Positions 11,001-19,857 of a stretch of 64,000 bases of DNA are shown here, piece by piece (positions within the stretch are counted from its first letter, which is position 1; each line of letters begins with the position of its first letter). The DNA comes from a virus (taxonomy: Duplodnaviria; Heunggongvirae; Uroviricota; Caudoviricetes). The translations under genes were made by a program, and so were the position numbers. The notes below the pieces were generated by a model. That model was given only the letters and a program-made list of their open reading frames with translations. It did no database searches and was not told where the DNA came from. The stretch is taken from IMG/VR virus record IMGVR_UViG_3300028048_001599; one strand, 5' to 3'.

Positions 11001-12767
11001 AGTGGTACATATTATGTTGACCATATATTAAGAGATAATACAGTAATTACACAAAAAATCAGTTTTGTGGGTGGTTCATATACTTTCTCACTTAAAATTG
11101 GTGAAAAGTATATAATAAAGAATGTACCAGAGAGTAGATATTTTAGTGTACAAGAGATATTATCAGGTACGGATAAAAATAAATACTCAGTAAATTTTGA
11201 AAGAGATGGTACGCAGATATCCAAGGTTATTGCTACTAATGCATATCCAGACACTAATGTATCTTATGCTCAAACATCTAAGAATGGTAACGATGTTGAT
11301 ATTACAATAATTAATACTAAGAAATATGCTTATGATTATAATTCGAGTGTGGATGTAAAGATAAAGAAGGAAGTCATAGGTAATGTAATTGATGCATCAG
11401 AGGAATTTAAGTTTGGTATGTATTTAACAGATTTAATACCTTATCAAGAGTATAGACTTGTTAGTGATATAGTAGGTAAGGCAGATGTAGTAATAACAGC
11501 CGACGATAAAGGGGTAGCGTTTATTGATTTTTCAATGGTTAAAGATGAAACTGTTTCAATTAATCTACTTGTCGGTAGTAAGTACAGAATTGTAGAAGAA
11601 GGCGGAGATTATAGGTCTTATTATAATATTGTAGATGCTAATAATGGAAATAATATAAAGAGTACATCAGGAGCTGTTTGGACAAATAATAAGTCCTTGG
11701 TAACGGATGAAGAAATAGTAGATAGTAATGAGGAAGTTACTATAACATATACTAACTATAAGTATGTTACACAAAACATTTCTATCAGAAAAGAAACTAC
11801 TTTAAGTTCTGAAAATAATCAAGATAAGTTTTCATTTAATGTAAATCTATATGGGTTAGACGCAGATTCAAGTATAGATTCGAACGTGGGTAGTTTTAGA
11901 GTTGATGGCGATGGCAACTTGGATATTGATATTATAATGAATAGTCAAGATGAAATAATTTTATATAATATACCAGTAGGTGTAGAATATAAAGTAAAGG
12001 AGCGAGAATCTGCGTATAAAGCATCTTATACTGTTATGCATGGTGATAGTGTAGTAGAGTCTAACAGTAATAATACCACATATACACCTTTGGAAACCAC
12101 ATTAAGGACTATAGAGGCTTATAAAGATGTTGTAGTGACTTTTGTAAATAGTCGAGAAGGATGCGATGTTACAATAACAAAGAATGTTGATATGACATAT
12201 GGATTATTAACTAAGCCCGAATACTATGAAAAGGAATTTAGTTATCATATTGTATTAAGCAATCTTACTGGTACATTGCATGACTTGGAGACTGAATTTG
12301 CATATTTAAATACTACAGGTGGCGAAGATATAAAGCCCTTAAATGAACTTATAGGTGAACCAGAGGATAGTGTAATGTCAGAGGTTGAATTTGATATAAC
12401 CTTAAAGAATAAAGGGGTATTTAAGATACGATATTTACCTGTAGGTGCTAATATAAGTATAACGGAACAAGCTGATAATTTCTATGTTATTTCGTGTAGT
12501 GTTAGTGCTAACGACGGTGCTGTATTACAAGCAAGTGATGTACAAAATATAGATTATGAGATGCCATTAACTGTTTCTGAAACTATAGATAGCACGGATT
12601 CTGATATATACTTTGATTTCTTAAATACATATAAATTTAATTCATATATACTGCCAGCAGCAGGTATGAACAATTACTGGTACGTGCTATATGGGGTAGC
12701 ATTTATAATGTTAATATTGACTCTTGCTTATACTTACAGTAGTTATAAGAGAAGACAGGAGATATAG
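5043..12767 (+). CDS. Giant cell-surface protein: SpaA/Cna-B-like Ig repeats, BspA/DUF285-type repeats, C-terminal Ig-like repeats and sortase-type anchor; true 5' end uncertain
   Basis: SpaA-like YxLxExxAPxGY units; many xDTSxVTxMxxMF repeats; C-terminal LPAAG + hydrophobic helix + KRR; reading frame is open from 4812 with no ATG/GTG/TTG before 5043. Confidence 0.8.
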   Translation: MYIDQQGGEFYDIFPEGATLDISSLKVYVDNKMVNEADYTYSIDENFNNSNKIMLAIKINKEAKNGYTVYYNTIHSWENINDFGDKALNSVMYKSCNETFSTGKKLNQGDIYYSDLFENLSYDDVSSEDRDKRLFAFSEHSYIIDVPIAVSAGLKKSVKAGDSLVYSSSETIRGKVPYTYNIRYATDSETRAKNIVIFDNLDNYVENHTRGVLTSIDVSELKKLGANPKIYCSEQDIDFSIEANRSLSNNNWSSYENSNLSKVKSIAIDVSKDSKGNDFVLDYNKAIHIYIKMYVNELSEDVEKNKIYNGVHSVSDFLIENNVSNRYVQWGYTVLDCRSAAQFSIKKVDEADSSKALSNVRFILTGVSDYSGDVYKLKTTNNNGIIDFGMLEKGNYSLYEYDYANPDYFVNSLVFDIVVDANNNIKVNGNSINLPYVIGDTRRIHNDIQFNKRDLVNKSVALENVKFVLTGTSDYSTKVFEYASSDSDGIVKFENIEKGTYALKEVKTKTGYVINTAEYKVTIDDNAQVNIMKDGNNLNIDSNGLLTVYNEPQHRLVIHKVGTIQNAGGDVDDVAGAKINLLGGTVDGDSVDITLTTDSNGLAIFNGLHSGSYNLVEVEAPEGYTVNSNIYTVTIKPEGITVDGLEQDAQGNYLLVDKEAGTLEIHKKWIDSSTNNREEPVIHVTTSMPSWSVQFDKSKLKRETYATASGNVSWTDITGFEYTSLSDRDNQILADLRMLVRTNPPNVYTVDDYTLYRVDDGATQFVLYAYVGSDKKLYWWTNARDVYMCSDCSHLFDGTKIESFDIQYTNVNNKSGANIKFNKTLDLSYMFANSELKTMCSYLAADNVITAKGMFAGCQDLAFTDTTAIECQRWKQKEDDWVREDVTLYSYKFSLGDSSNLEDISSMFEGTELKYGPRGFECEALDLNELNVSAVQNMSRMFKDSNVKPAFKSWENTVVNDMTEMFYNNTTIEVVELPHVVSSIDYMAKMFYSCQALKFVDISGLETSNVQDMSYLFYLCHRLTSLNLSTLSTDSATTMKSMFQDCHRMGTLNLSGFTNTSNVTDMSYMFDHCGYTPRLSENYSDSPTDKGYGLIEGRPQDMYFKGSFNIIGINNFDTSSVTTMNHMFATAGPVLGVSLSVTIHNSEDTGKPHQFTFDSNYAEGEELVELYAPYYIRYYDGVMDTKQMSIIATGLDEETYMVQTGANIAHVENGIGVDEYMELVPIEKCTNSFYWSMDLSGWNTSNVTDMEMMFYNAQFLRDLNISNFDTTRVTKMCFVPEPDGVFTDFSPYTKGMFEDCFSLRSLDLSGFNTLSITNASLSRIFKDCMELTSISFGSNFFTSNITYAGDMFINCKNLLSIDASHFDFSNIKNMNGLCAYCFKLQNFDLGTGYSIENCNYARCLFLNCYDLVTLDLMGDFDTSANAGDYATPNMDYAFYNCESIVSLDFGDNFYYKGNGDKMFYNCKDLIYLYLGDCCTPNSIKEMFSGCESLRELTWYTSFNGTYYNNNNSSEFKGYSDVEGLFKNCRSLYYLDISELPLDEPTSTKEMFYNCSSLDTLMWNGPDTSSVKDMSYMFCNCSAEITFDLDTSSVTDMTSMFDKYGYTGELHVDNFDTSSVENMSYMFRGCKAEVIGLDNFDTSAVTDFSFMFSEYENDLQLDMNTSGGNIKRMFYKFKGETLEVDNLSAANVTDISYLFAESSVKNLTVGIIGSNNVRNMSYLFSNCKHMESLTITSIDTTKVTNMTAMFSSCKKITELDLTKFNTARVTNMTNMFVNSNLLETIKISSLWDVTRATRSASMFDNCTSIRGSNGTTYNSSYTDKTYARADTAANPGYMTLVMSTGSGASAVTIKTTSSSASGESYCTATDAHEFHVDGPDDQTYVFDGLKQNQVYYVWEEPMEHYNTDHGYDNPLILYNESGTITNTEDIKTYDITLQKELYNKAGDYSGLIEEDYRKTFEVKVTFGTGVKKETTELGPAGLLLSPVSGTYYVDHILRDNTVITQKISFVGGSYTFSLKIGEKYIIKNVPESRYFSVQEILSGTDKNKYSVNFERDGTQISKVIATNAYPDTNVSYAQTSKNGNDVDITIINTKKYAYDYNSSVDVKIKKEVIGNVIDASEEFKFGMYLTDLIPYQEYRLVSDIVGKADVVITADDKGVAFIDFSMVKDETVSINLLVGSKYRIVEEGGDYRSYYNIVDANNGNNIKSTSGAVWTNNKSLVTDEEIVDSNEEVTITYTNYKYVTQNISIRKETTLSSENNQDKFSFNVNLYGLDADSSIDSNVGSFRVDGDGNLDIDIIMNSQDEIILYNIPVGVEYKVKERESAYKASYTVMHGDSVVESNSNNTTYTPLETTLRTIEAYKDVVVTFVNSREGCDVTITKNVDMTYGLLTKPEYYEKEFSYHIVLSNLTGTLHDLETEFAYLNTTGGEDIKPLNELIGEPEDSVMSEVEFDITLKNKGVFKIRYLPVGANISITEQADNFYVISCSVSANDGAVLQASDVQNIDYEMPLTVSETIDSTDSDIYFDFLNTYKFNSYILPAAGMNNYWYVLYGVAFIMLILTLAYTYSSYKRRQEI

Positions 12768-12771
12768 TGTG

Positions 12772-12805
12772 AAATAGCACCGTGTAAAAAGCGGTGCTAT
12801 TTTTT
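12772..12805 (+). terminator. Rho-independent terminator
   Basis: AATAGCACCG-loop-CGGTGCTATT followed by a T-run, just after the 12767 stop. Confidence 0.85.
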
Positions 12806-13064
12806 ATATTTATTTCATACATATTTTTATAATATAGTATTATCATTATTTTATTTCATTGTTTATCAAATTAAACCAAAAAATCCGTAAATTTTTAAGT
12901 ACTTATGTAATTTTCGATAGAACAATGATTAAATCGGTATAGCAACAAGTATAAAAAGTCATAAACTTTTATAGATTATAAGTGAGTAACAAAATATGAC
13001 ATTTTTAATGAATTTCAATACATCAGTTTTTGAAAATTTCTAATATTACCATACATAAAAAATA

Positions 13065-13097
13065 AATGACCGATAGATTCATTGTCTATCGGTCATT
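13065..13097 (-). terminator. Rho-independent terminator for the minus-strand ORF 13111-13530
   Basis: Perfect 13-bp stem AATGACCGATAGA/TCTATCGGTCATT with an A-run on its left. Confidence 0.75.
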
Positions 13098-13110
13098 CTT
13101 ATATGACTTA

Positions 13111-13530
13111 TTAGATTACAATAACAAATTCTCTGGTATTGACATTATACCCTAATTTGTAGTCTGTATTGTGGTCGGAGTTGTACTTGTCGAGTAACTC
13201 AAAGATTGGGTGAATTTTAGCTGTACTGGTATTTGATTTCTGTGTTGATAAAATAATCGTTTCAATAACAGGGGTATCTACGTCGTTTATAACCCATGTT
13301 CTATCAAGACATACGATATTTAATACTTCCTGTCCATCTTCAACAATTGTCTGAATTGGGAGGACATTGCACTTAGTCGTTGCTACTTTTTTATCCTGTA
13401 GCACATTGTAAAGTTTTGCTCTGTTAATAAGATAGTTGTCGATGTTATTGTCATACTCGTTTTCGTGACAAATAACAAAGATATTAGGCTCAGTAAGGGG
13501 GTATAGACTTTTGTTCTTAGTGTTTGACAT
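13111..13530 (-). CDS. Hypothetical protein
   Basis: 139 aa ORF, RBS AAAGGAG on minus strand, terminator downstream. Confidence 0.7.
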   Translation of the reverse strand: MSNTKNKSLYPLTEPNIFVICHENEYDNNIDNYLINRAKLYNVLQDKKVATTKCNVLPIQTIVEDGQEVLNIVCLDRTWVINDVDTPVIETIILSTQKSNTSTAKIHPIFELLDKYNSDHNTDYKLGYNVNTREFVIVI

Positions 13531-13630
13531 TTGAAAAACTCCTTTGTTTTAAGATTGTAAGTATAGTATACCGTAGGTTTATCATTTTGTAAATAAATTT
13601 TTAAAAAATAATTTCAAAAATATTTTTAAA

Positions 13631-13666
13631 CATGGTATTGACAAATTCTGAAATTTATGTTATAAT
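13631..13666 (+). promoter_or_regulatory. Consensus sigma-A promoter (element-wide promoter family)
   Basis: CATGGTA-TTGACA-17 nt-TATAAT with extended -10 TG. Confidence 0.8.
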
Positions 13667-13901
13667 ATAGAAAATGTAACTATTGTGCCTGGTGTTTATA
13701 ATTTTGATACATTGACTTATAATTGTTCACTTGAATATTTATATGACACTTTTGACTTTCTATTTTCTGAAACTTGTATTTTCAACAAATTGTAGGTTTC
13801 ATTTTTGTTATAGTTGTATATTGATTTTTATAATAGAATAGAATAAAATAGAATAAGGTAATTGATTAATGGTATCAATAAATACATAGGTGGGGTAATA
13901 A

Positions 13902-14108
13902 ATGCAAACAAAATTCTTTTACTATCGTAAGGTTCGTTATAACATGACTTTAAAAGAGGTGTCAAATAGGACAGGTATACCTTTAGCATCAATAATAAAG
14001 TATGATAATGGTGAAGTACCAATGGAGAACGCATCTTACAAGCGTGTGAAACTTTTGTCACAATTGTTTAATTGTAGCACAGATGATTTAATAGGTTATA
14101 TAGAATAG
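13902..14108 (+). CDS. Xre/Cro-type HTH transcriptional regulator
   Basis: YYRKVRYNMTLKEVSNRTGIPLASIIKYDNG...LSQLFNCSTDDL pattern. Confidence 0.85.
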   Translation: MQTKFFYYRKVRYNMTLKEVSNRTGIPLASIIKYDNGEVPMENASYKRVKLLSQLFNCSTDDLIGYIE

Positions 14109-14201
14109 GGATAACAAAAGTTCTGACCAGGCTACAAGTTGTTCTGTAGCTTGACACTATGGACGTGTTCAAAGACATTCAGTGAATTGGAGGACTTAAA
14201 A

Positions 14202-14957
14202 ATGATATTTATAACAGGTGATTGTCACGGTGAGTTCAAGAAATTCTCAACAAGTAAATTTCCAGAGCAAAAAGAGCTTACACGTGATGATATAGTAATA
14301 GTGTGTGGTGACTTCGGTATCTGGCATGACATACCAACAGAAAGATATTGGTTCAACTGGTTATCTGAAAAACCATTTACAATTGTATTTGTAGATGGTA
14401 ACCATGAGAACTTTGACCGGTTGTACTCAGATGAATTTCCTGTAGTTGATTTTTATGGTGCTAAGGCACAGAAAATCAGAGACAATATATTTCACCTAAT
14501 AAGAGGTAACATCTATGAATTTGAAGGTAAGACGTTTTATGCTTTTGGTGGTGCAGCTTGCCATGATATACAAGATGGGGTATTAAATCCTGCTGACTTT
14601 AAAACAAAATCGGAACTTAATGATTTAGCTAATAAGTGGTATAGACAAGGTAAGATGTTCAGAATAAAAGGTATATCTTGGTGGGAACGTGAGTTACCAA
14701 CACAAGAGGAGATAGACACAGGTATTAAAAATCTTAAAACGGTTAATAATTCGGTAGATTACATAATATCTCATTGTCTACCATTAGAGATAGAAGTAGC
14801 AGTAACAGGGGTAGATGAACCAAACATTCTGACGAATTACTTTGACGATGTAGCAAATAATGTAAGCTTTAAGAAATGGTTTTGTGGTCACTATCATGTA
14901 AATATATGTGTCGATGACAAATACTGGGTACTTTATGAGAAGATTATAAAACTCTAA
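14202..14957 (+). CDS. Calcineurin-like metallophosphoesterase
   Basis: GDCHG, CGDFG, DGNHE, ISH, CGHYH motifs; start moved to the ATG after RBS GGAGG. Confidence 0.9.
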   Translation: MIFITGDCHGEFKKFSTSKFPEQKELTRDDIVIVCGDFGIWHDIPTERYWFNWLSEKPFTIVFVDGNHENFDRLYSDEFPVVDFYGAKAQKIRDNIFHLIRGNIYEFEGKTFYAFGGAACHDIQDGVLNPADFKTKSELNDLANKWYRQGKMFRIKGISWWERELPTQEEIDTGIKNLKTVNNSVDYIISHCLPLEIEVAVTGVDEPNILTNYFDDVANNVSFKKWFCGHYHVNICVDDKYWVLYEKIIKL

Positions 14958-14971
14958 GGAGGGGAATAAAT

Positions 14972-15388
14972 ATGATAATTGTTAATAGTGACTGGGCTAA
15001 AAGAATAGAATGTCCATGTTCTTTTAGAACATGTTATATGTACCATAACGGGGTTTGCATCGGTGAAATAACAGAGGAAACAAATGATGCATTAGAGACA
15101 GATTATGTATTTAAAATATACTGGGATAAATGGGAGAGCGTCGGAGAACCAGATATAGAGGGATTAGATACTGATTTAAGACTTAAAGAATATGTCAGAA
15201 GTGGAATAATACCTCAGTTTATCTCAATAAGAGTTCCACCAGATGGTCGTGAGGATATACCTGATAGGATGCAAAGAACTGGTATGACAGGTGAATGGGA
15301 CTTTTGGGAGTACATGATTCGTAATAATGGTAGATGTTCATCAAGTGTAATTTTAGTAGGAAGAACACCTTATGAAAATATACAGTAA
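14972..15388 (+). CDS. Hypothetical protein, possibly HipA N-terminal-subdomain-like
   Basis: YHNGVCIGEI...IPQFISIRVPPDGREDI...NNGR recalls HipA-N-like proteins; RBS AAGGAGG. Confidence 0.5.
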   Translation: MIIVNSDWAKRIECPCSFRTCYMYHNGVCIGEITEETNDALETDYVFKIYWDKWESVGEPDIEGLDTDLRLKEYVRSGIIPQFISIRVPPDGREDIPDRMQRTGMTGEWDFWEYMIRNNGRCSSSVILVGRTPYENIQ

Positions 15389-15399
15389 GGAGTGATAAT

Positions 15400-15669
15400 A
15401 TGCATTGGTACAATCCTGTAAAAATAGATGATAGTTCATACTTTAGACAGGCGAAAAAGAATAATTGTAGGGCGAAAATATACTATGACAGAGGTGTATT
15501 TTGTTTTGTAATCAATGATATACTGACATCGCAGGTATTTCATAGTAGAAAAGAGGGGTATACATTCAGCACATTTGAAGAATGTGCGAAGGCTTGTGAA
15601 AATCAACTTGACAACATTATAGCTAATAGGTACATGAACAAATTGAAAAAAGAACGTTATTTTGTATGA
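15400..15669 (+). CDS. Hypothetical protein
   Basis: 89 aa ORF with RBS AAGGAG, continuing the operon. Confidence 0.7.
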   Translation: MHWYNPVKIDDSSYFRQAKKNNCRAKIYYDRGVFCFVINDILTSQVFHSRKEGYTFSTFEECAKACENQLDNIIANRYMNKLKKERYFV

Positions 15670-15899
15670 ATATTGTATGGGGGTTAAAATGAAGTTAAGC
15701 AAAGAGGTATACGGTAGTTTGGTCATCACAACTACAAAAAGAGGTATAGCAGATAATGGTGTAAATGGTAGACGTTTTATAGACGTTGAGGGCGCTTTTA
15801 ATACTTTTGTAGAGTGGGGCTGGTAATACGTGTTGAAAAATGTAAGTTAATTTAAAGTTGTTATGTTGTAACATAAATAGTTTTAATGCATAAGAAGGA

Positions 15900-16898
15900 G
15901 TGATAAATATGTTTTGTCCGAATTGTGGGAGCGAGTATTCAGTTGAGAACAAATTTTGTACTATGTGTGGTTTTAAATTTAAAAACTCTGTAAATGATAC
16001 TACTTCATTAGAAAAAGATACACTTGCTAAGAAAAACATTGGAATAGTCATCGGATTAATTGTTGGTGGGGTTGTTACTGTAGCTGTGATAATACTTGTA
16101 TTGTTCTTTTTTATTTTCAAAGGTGAAAATTTTTCAAAAGATTTCATTGTAGGCACATGGGTTTCAACAGAAAATAGTGGTCATAGTATAATTTTTGAAA
16201 ATGATGGAACAGGTACTTTTGATTCAGATGATGGATTGCATATAAATTTTGAATATGGGGTAACTGATGATAATGATTTAATAATAAAGGAAATGTCAAT
16301 GTTGGGTTCGTCTTTTGGTCATCCTATATCTTGCAAACTTGATGCATCTGCAAAAACATTTAGCACAGGTATTTTTTCTGCATCTTCAAGTTTTTGGAGT
16401 AGCACATGGTATATAGATGGTGACAATCTTTATCTGGACGGCGAGATTCTTACCAAAAAAGGTTTGTCTAATGAGATTTCTTCAGATTCAGAGTACACTA
16501 TTGAACATGGACAGAGTAAAGTTACAATACCAAAGATTATTTGGGGAGAGAGTGAAGCTGAGGCTTTGAACAGTGCTTGTAAGACGGTTTATATAGGAGT
16601 TAAGGATGGAACTATTAATAAAGGTGCTGTTGGTTGTTCAAGTTATTACTGGGCACCGTCTGCCGATGCATCCAGGTATGAAAGAAGTTCTACCGCTGAA
16701 GGTTTGACAGTTGACAATGCTATGAGTTATAATGGTCTGCACACAGACCTTTCTATGATGGTGTATGTTATATCTGATAATTCAAGTTATTCTATGGGTA
16801 CTATTCTTTATAAGTATGACCCCGTGATATCTCAGGATAGTCTTGACGTTGAATCTTTAACATCAGATATAACACTTGGAACACTTTATAAGAATTGA
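15900..16898 (+). CDS. Zinc-ribbon membrane protein
   Basis: N-terminal CPNCG...FCTMCG, one TM helix, extracellular beta domain; likely start ATG 15909. Confidence 0.8.
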   Translation: MINMFCPNCGSEYSVENKFCTMCGFKFKNSVNDTTSLEKDTLAKKNIGIVIGLIVGGVVTVAVIILVLFFFIFKGENFSKDFIVGTWVSTENSGHSIIFENDGTGTFDSDDGLHINFEYGVTDDNDLIIKEMSMLGSSFGHPISCKLDASAKTFSTGIFSASSSFWSSTWYIDGDNLYLDGEILTKKGLSNEISSDSEYTIEHGQSKVTIPKIIWGESEAEALNSACKTVYIGVKDGTINKGAVGCSSYYWAPSADASRYERSSTAEGLTVDNAMSYNGLHTDLSMMVYVISDNSSYSMGTILYKYDPVISQDSLDVESLTSDITLGTLYKN

Positions 16899-17112
16899 TA
16901 CATAAAGTATAGTCACATGGTGCATATTTTAATACTGAGAGTGTTTGTACCTATGGGTTTTGTAAAGGAAGTATTGATTAAGTTTATATTTTTCACATCG
17001 TCATAAATAGGTCTACGGCTCGATTTAAGGCATTTTTAGTTGTCGTGTCAAGTTCCTCATTTAAGGGCGAAAAATGGTTCAGAAAGGTTTACAGCGAAGG
17101 AGAGAGTGGTTT

Positions 17113-18126
17113 ATGAATTATATGGATAAAATCAGCGGTCAGGAATATAATTTTCTTAGAGAGAATAAACATTTAGGTGATAGAATCGGGATGTTGTGTG
17201 TTTCAGGTAGTTACGGTTATGGTACAAACATAGATGGTTCAGACTTAGATTTGAGGGGTTTCGCACTTCCAACCGAACGTGACATCATTCTTGGTAACGA
17301 CTTTGGTCAGGTAGAGGATAGGACTACTGACACAGTAATTTACTCATTCGATAAAATAGTTCACTTATTATCCGAATGTAACCCAAATGTCATTGAGTTA
17401 CTTGGTTTACCTCCAGCGAACTACCTCATTTGTAATAAAATAGGTATGATGTTAAATGCTCACAGCAGCATGTTCCTATCAAAACTTGCAGTGAACACAT
17501 TTGGTGGTTATGCAAACCAACAACTTCGTAGGATTCAGAACAAGTCTGCAAAGAAGATAACACAGGAGGATTTTGAGAATTACATCTTGCAAACAATAAG
17601 ACATTCAGAGTTTAATTACAAGGAGAAGTACGGTATAGACCTTGTAAACAAAATCAAGGTTTACATTGACAAATCTAAAAAAGAGAATTTAGACGTGGAG
17701 TTATTTTTAGATTTTGACATAGAGCACATGCCATTACGTGACGTCACTTCTTTTGTTTCAGATATGAACAACATAATCAAAATGTATAACAAAACAGGCG
17801 GACGTAATAACAATGCTATAGTGCACGATAAATTAGGTAAGCACATGATGCATCTTGTTCGTTTGTATTATACTTGCTTTGATATACTTGAAAAAGGTAA
17901 AATAATAACATACAGACCCGAACGTGAAGAATTATTAAAAATAAGGAACGGGTTATATTTAGACGGTGACACTCCAAAGCCCGAATTTACCGAATTTGTA
18001 AATAAACTAGAAGCACGCCTCACTTATGCTAAGGAAAACACAGATTTACCCGATAAACCTGACATGAATAAAATTAATGACTTTAAGTATTCAGTATACA
18101 AGCAAATAATAAACGATATAGGCTAA
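17113..18126 (+). CDS. Predicted nucleotidyltransferase (Pol-beta superfamily, YcgL/RlaP-like)
   Basis: GSYGYGT..GSDLDLRG motif, CNPNVIELL, KHMMHLVRL, LPDKPD; the ORF-track extension from 17074 is part of an intergenic repeat. Confidence 0.85.
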   Translation: MNYMDKISGQEYNFLRENKHLGDRIGMLCVSGSYGYGTNIDGSDLDLRGFALPTERDIILGNDFGQVEDRTTDTVIYSFDKIVHLLSECNPNVIELLGLPPANYLICNKIGMMLNAHSSMFLSKLAVNTFGGYANQQLRRIQNKSAKKITQEDFENYILQTIRHSEFNYKEKYGIDLVNKIKVYIDKSKKENLDVELFLDFDIEHMPLRDVTSFVSDMNNIIKMYNKTGGRNNNAIVHDKLGKHMMHLVRLYYTCFDILEKGKIITYRPEREELLKIRNGLYLDGDTPKPEFTEFVNKLEARLTYAKENTDLPDKPDMNKINDFKYSVYKQIINDIG

Positions 18127-18444
18127 GGGGTACTTTCAGAATCCGAAATAGCACATGCTCATTCAGATTTAGACATTAAGAACAAGCAAATTTGGTGTTA
18201 TCAAGAATATGCGGACAAGCCTATTGTTGTTTACATATTAGATAGTGGATTTGAGACGTTTATAGTTGATGCAAAGACCGGCAAGACTGTTAATAGTTGG
18301 TCTAACATAATGACAGAGAATTGATAGTAGTAATAAGCGGATTTTTATAATCACTTTCATAACTTATGTTACGTTATATACTGGTTTCACTTAAAAACCA
18401 AAAAATCGCACCATATTGGATAATAGGAAAAAGGGAGTGATATT

Positions 18445-19314
18445 ATGGCAAAACAACCTAACAAGTTATTCGTTCAAGAATTTAAGCAAATGATGACGGA
18501 CAGGTTCAATATGTACGGCACAGACAAAAGGTTTCTTATAAACAATCTTCCGTTACCGCATATAGCAAGTTTGAAACTTGATAAAGAAAATGGTGCTTAT
18601 GTAAAGGGTATATCTGAGCCTTACTTTGATAAATTGAATAAGACTGTTGTAAATGTTGAAAAAAGACAGGCTTGGACTAAAAAGGAGTACGATCAGTATG
18701 GTAAAGTACTTATGCGTAACGGTAAACCTGTCTTAAAGGATATTACAATTCCTATGGATAGTATTGTGGTTTCAACGACAGTCAATATAGAGTTGCCAAA
18801 TGTTAAGACTATTGGTGTGTCTAAACGTAAATATGTACCATCTGATGGTTATTTATATGTAGATTATGAAATCAAAAATGGGGTAAAAGTGTTCTATTAT
18901 GCTATTCCGAAGGTTTACGTATATAAGTTAAATTTGTGTGCATTAATTTTAACGAAAAACACGTATCGAAGAGCATATAAGGGGTATAAAATAGCTCTAC
19001 AGAATGGTTCTTATATCTACATTTATGTAATTCCATATAACCCAAATAGGGCTGTATCTTACCGATTATTAGGTATCAAAGCAAGTCCAAATTTCAACAA
19101 TGAAATAAAAACCATTGTTCAGTGGTGGCAGCGTCAGAACGTAACATTTAATTATGACTTATGTATGGTTGAAAACAATAACATAGCATATTCGTTCATA
19201 GATGGGGTAGTAAACGTTGACGACTATAAGCCTTATGGGGACTCAATGGGTGTTATATCTACAAACAATGAAGATAATGGTATACTAAATTCATTGGCTG
19301 AAAATGTTGGATAA
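18445..19314 (+). CDS. Hypothetical protein
   Basis: 289 aa ORF with RBS GGGAG. Confidence 0.75.
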   Translation: MAKQPNKLFVQEFKQMMTDRFNMYGTDKRFLINNLPLPHIASLKLDKENGAYVKGISEPYFDKLNKTVVNVEKRQAWTKKEYDQYGKVLMRNGKPVLKDITIPMDSIVVSTTVNIELPNVKTIGVSKRKYVPSDGYLYVDYEIKNGVKVFYYAIPKVYVYKLNLCALILTKNTYRRAYKGYKIALQNGSYIYIYVIPYNPNRAVSYRLLGIKASPNFNNEIKTIVQWWQRQNVTFNYDLCMVENNNIAYSFIDGVVNVDDYKPYGDSMGVISTNNEDNGILNSLAENVG

Positions 19315-19446
19315 ATATGTGTTTGTAGTTAGGGATTTTGTGCAAAACTTGCATCGTTGATGTAAATGGACTTAAAATCAATTACATCAATATGAATGAG
19401 TTTTTATTAAACCCTAATAATTATTTATAACAAAGGAGAAAGTGGT

Positions 19447-19857
19447 ATGCAAACTTATTTGTTGTCAGAGGGCATGTCATATAGGACATTGGTCTACAAT
19501 GGTGTTTCTATCCAATTTTCTATTATTGGTAAGGCACTTGTAATGAAGAAATATGACATAACGAGACCGCATAGTGGTTCTTTAAGTACGGTAAATGTGG
19601 TTTCATTACTAGAAGAACAGGGTGTAAACGAGGCTGAGGTAGCCGTATGTTTCGATAATTTTGAAGTTATCGGAAATGTAAAAGGTGAAGAACTTAGCAA
19701 GTTAAGAGATATTTTAGATTCTACTAAGGCTTGTTTCTTTGTGGGAAGACTTAATTCAAAAGTAAAGGACATTAACTATAAACAAACATTTTATATATTC
19801 AGACAAAATCAATTCAACAAAGATGACTTTAATAAATTAATGAGTGTAGGTGAATGA
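19447..19857 (+). CDS. Hypothetical protein
   Basis: 136 aa ORF with RBS AAAGGAG; overlaps the next gene's start. Confidence 0.7.
   Translation: MQTYLLSEGMSYRTLVYNGVSIQFSIIGKALVMKKYDITRPHSGSLSTVNVVSLLEEQGVNEAEVAVCFDNFEVIGNVKGEELSKLRDILDSTKACFFVGRLNSKVKDINYKQTFYIFRQNQFNKDDFNKLMSVGE

Noticed and set aside
15770-15850. Third copy of the 17015/45812 intergenic element
   Set aside because: Only loose resemblance (GGCGCTTTTAA...GAAAAATG) and different spacing.
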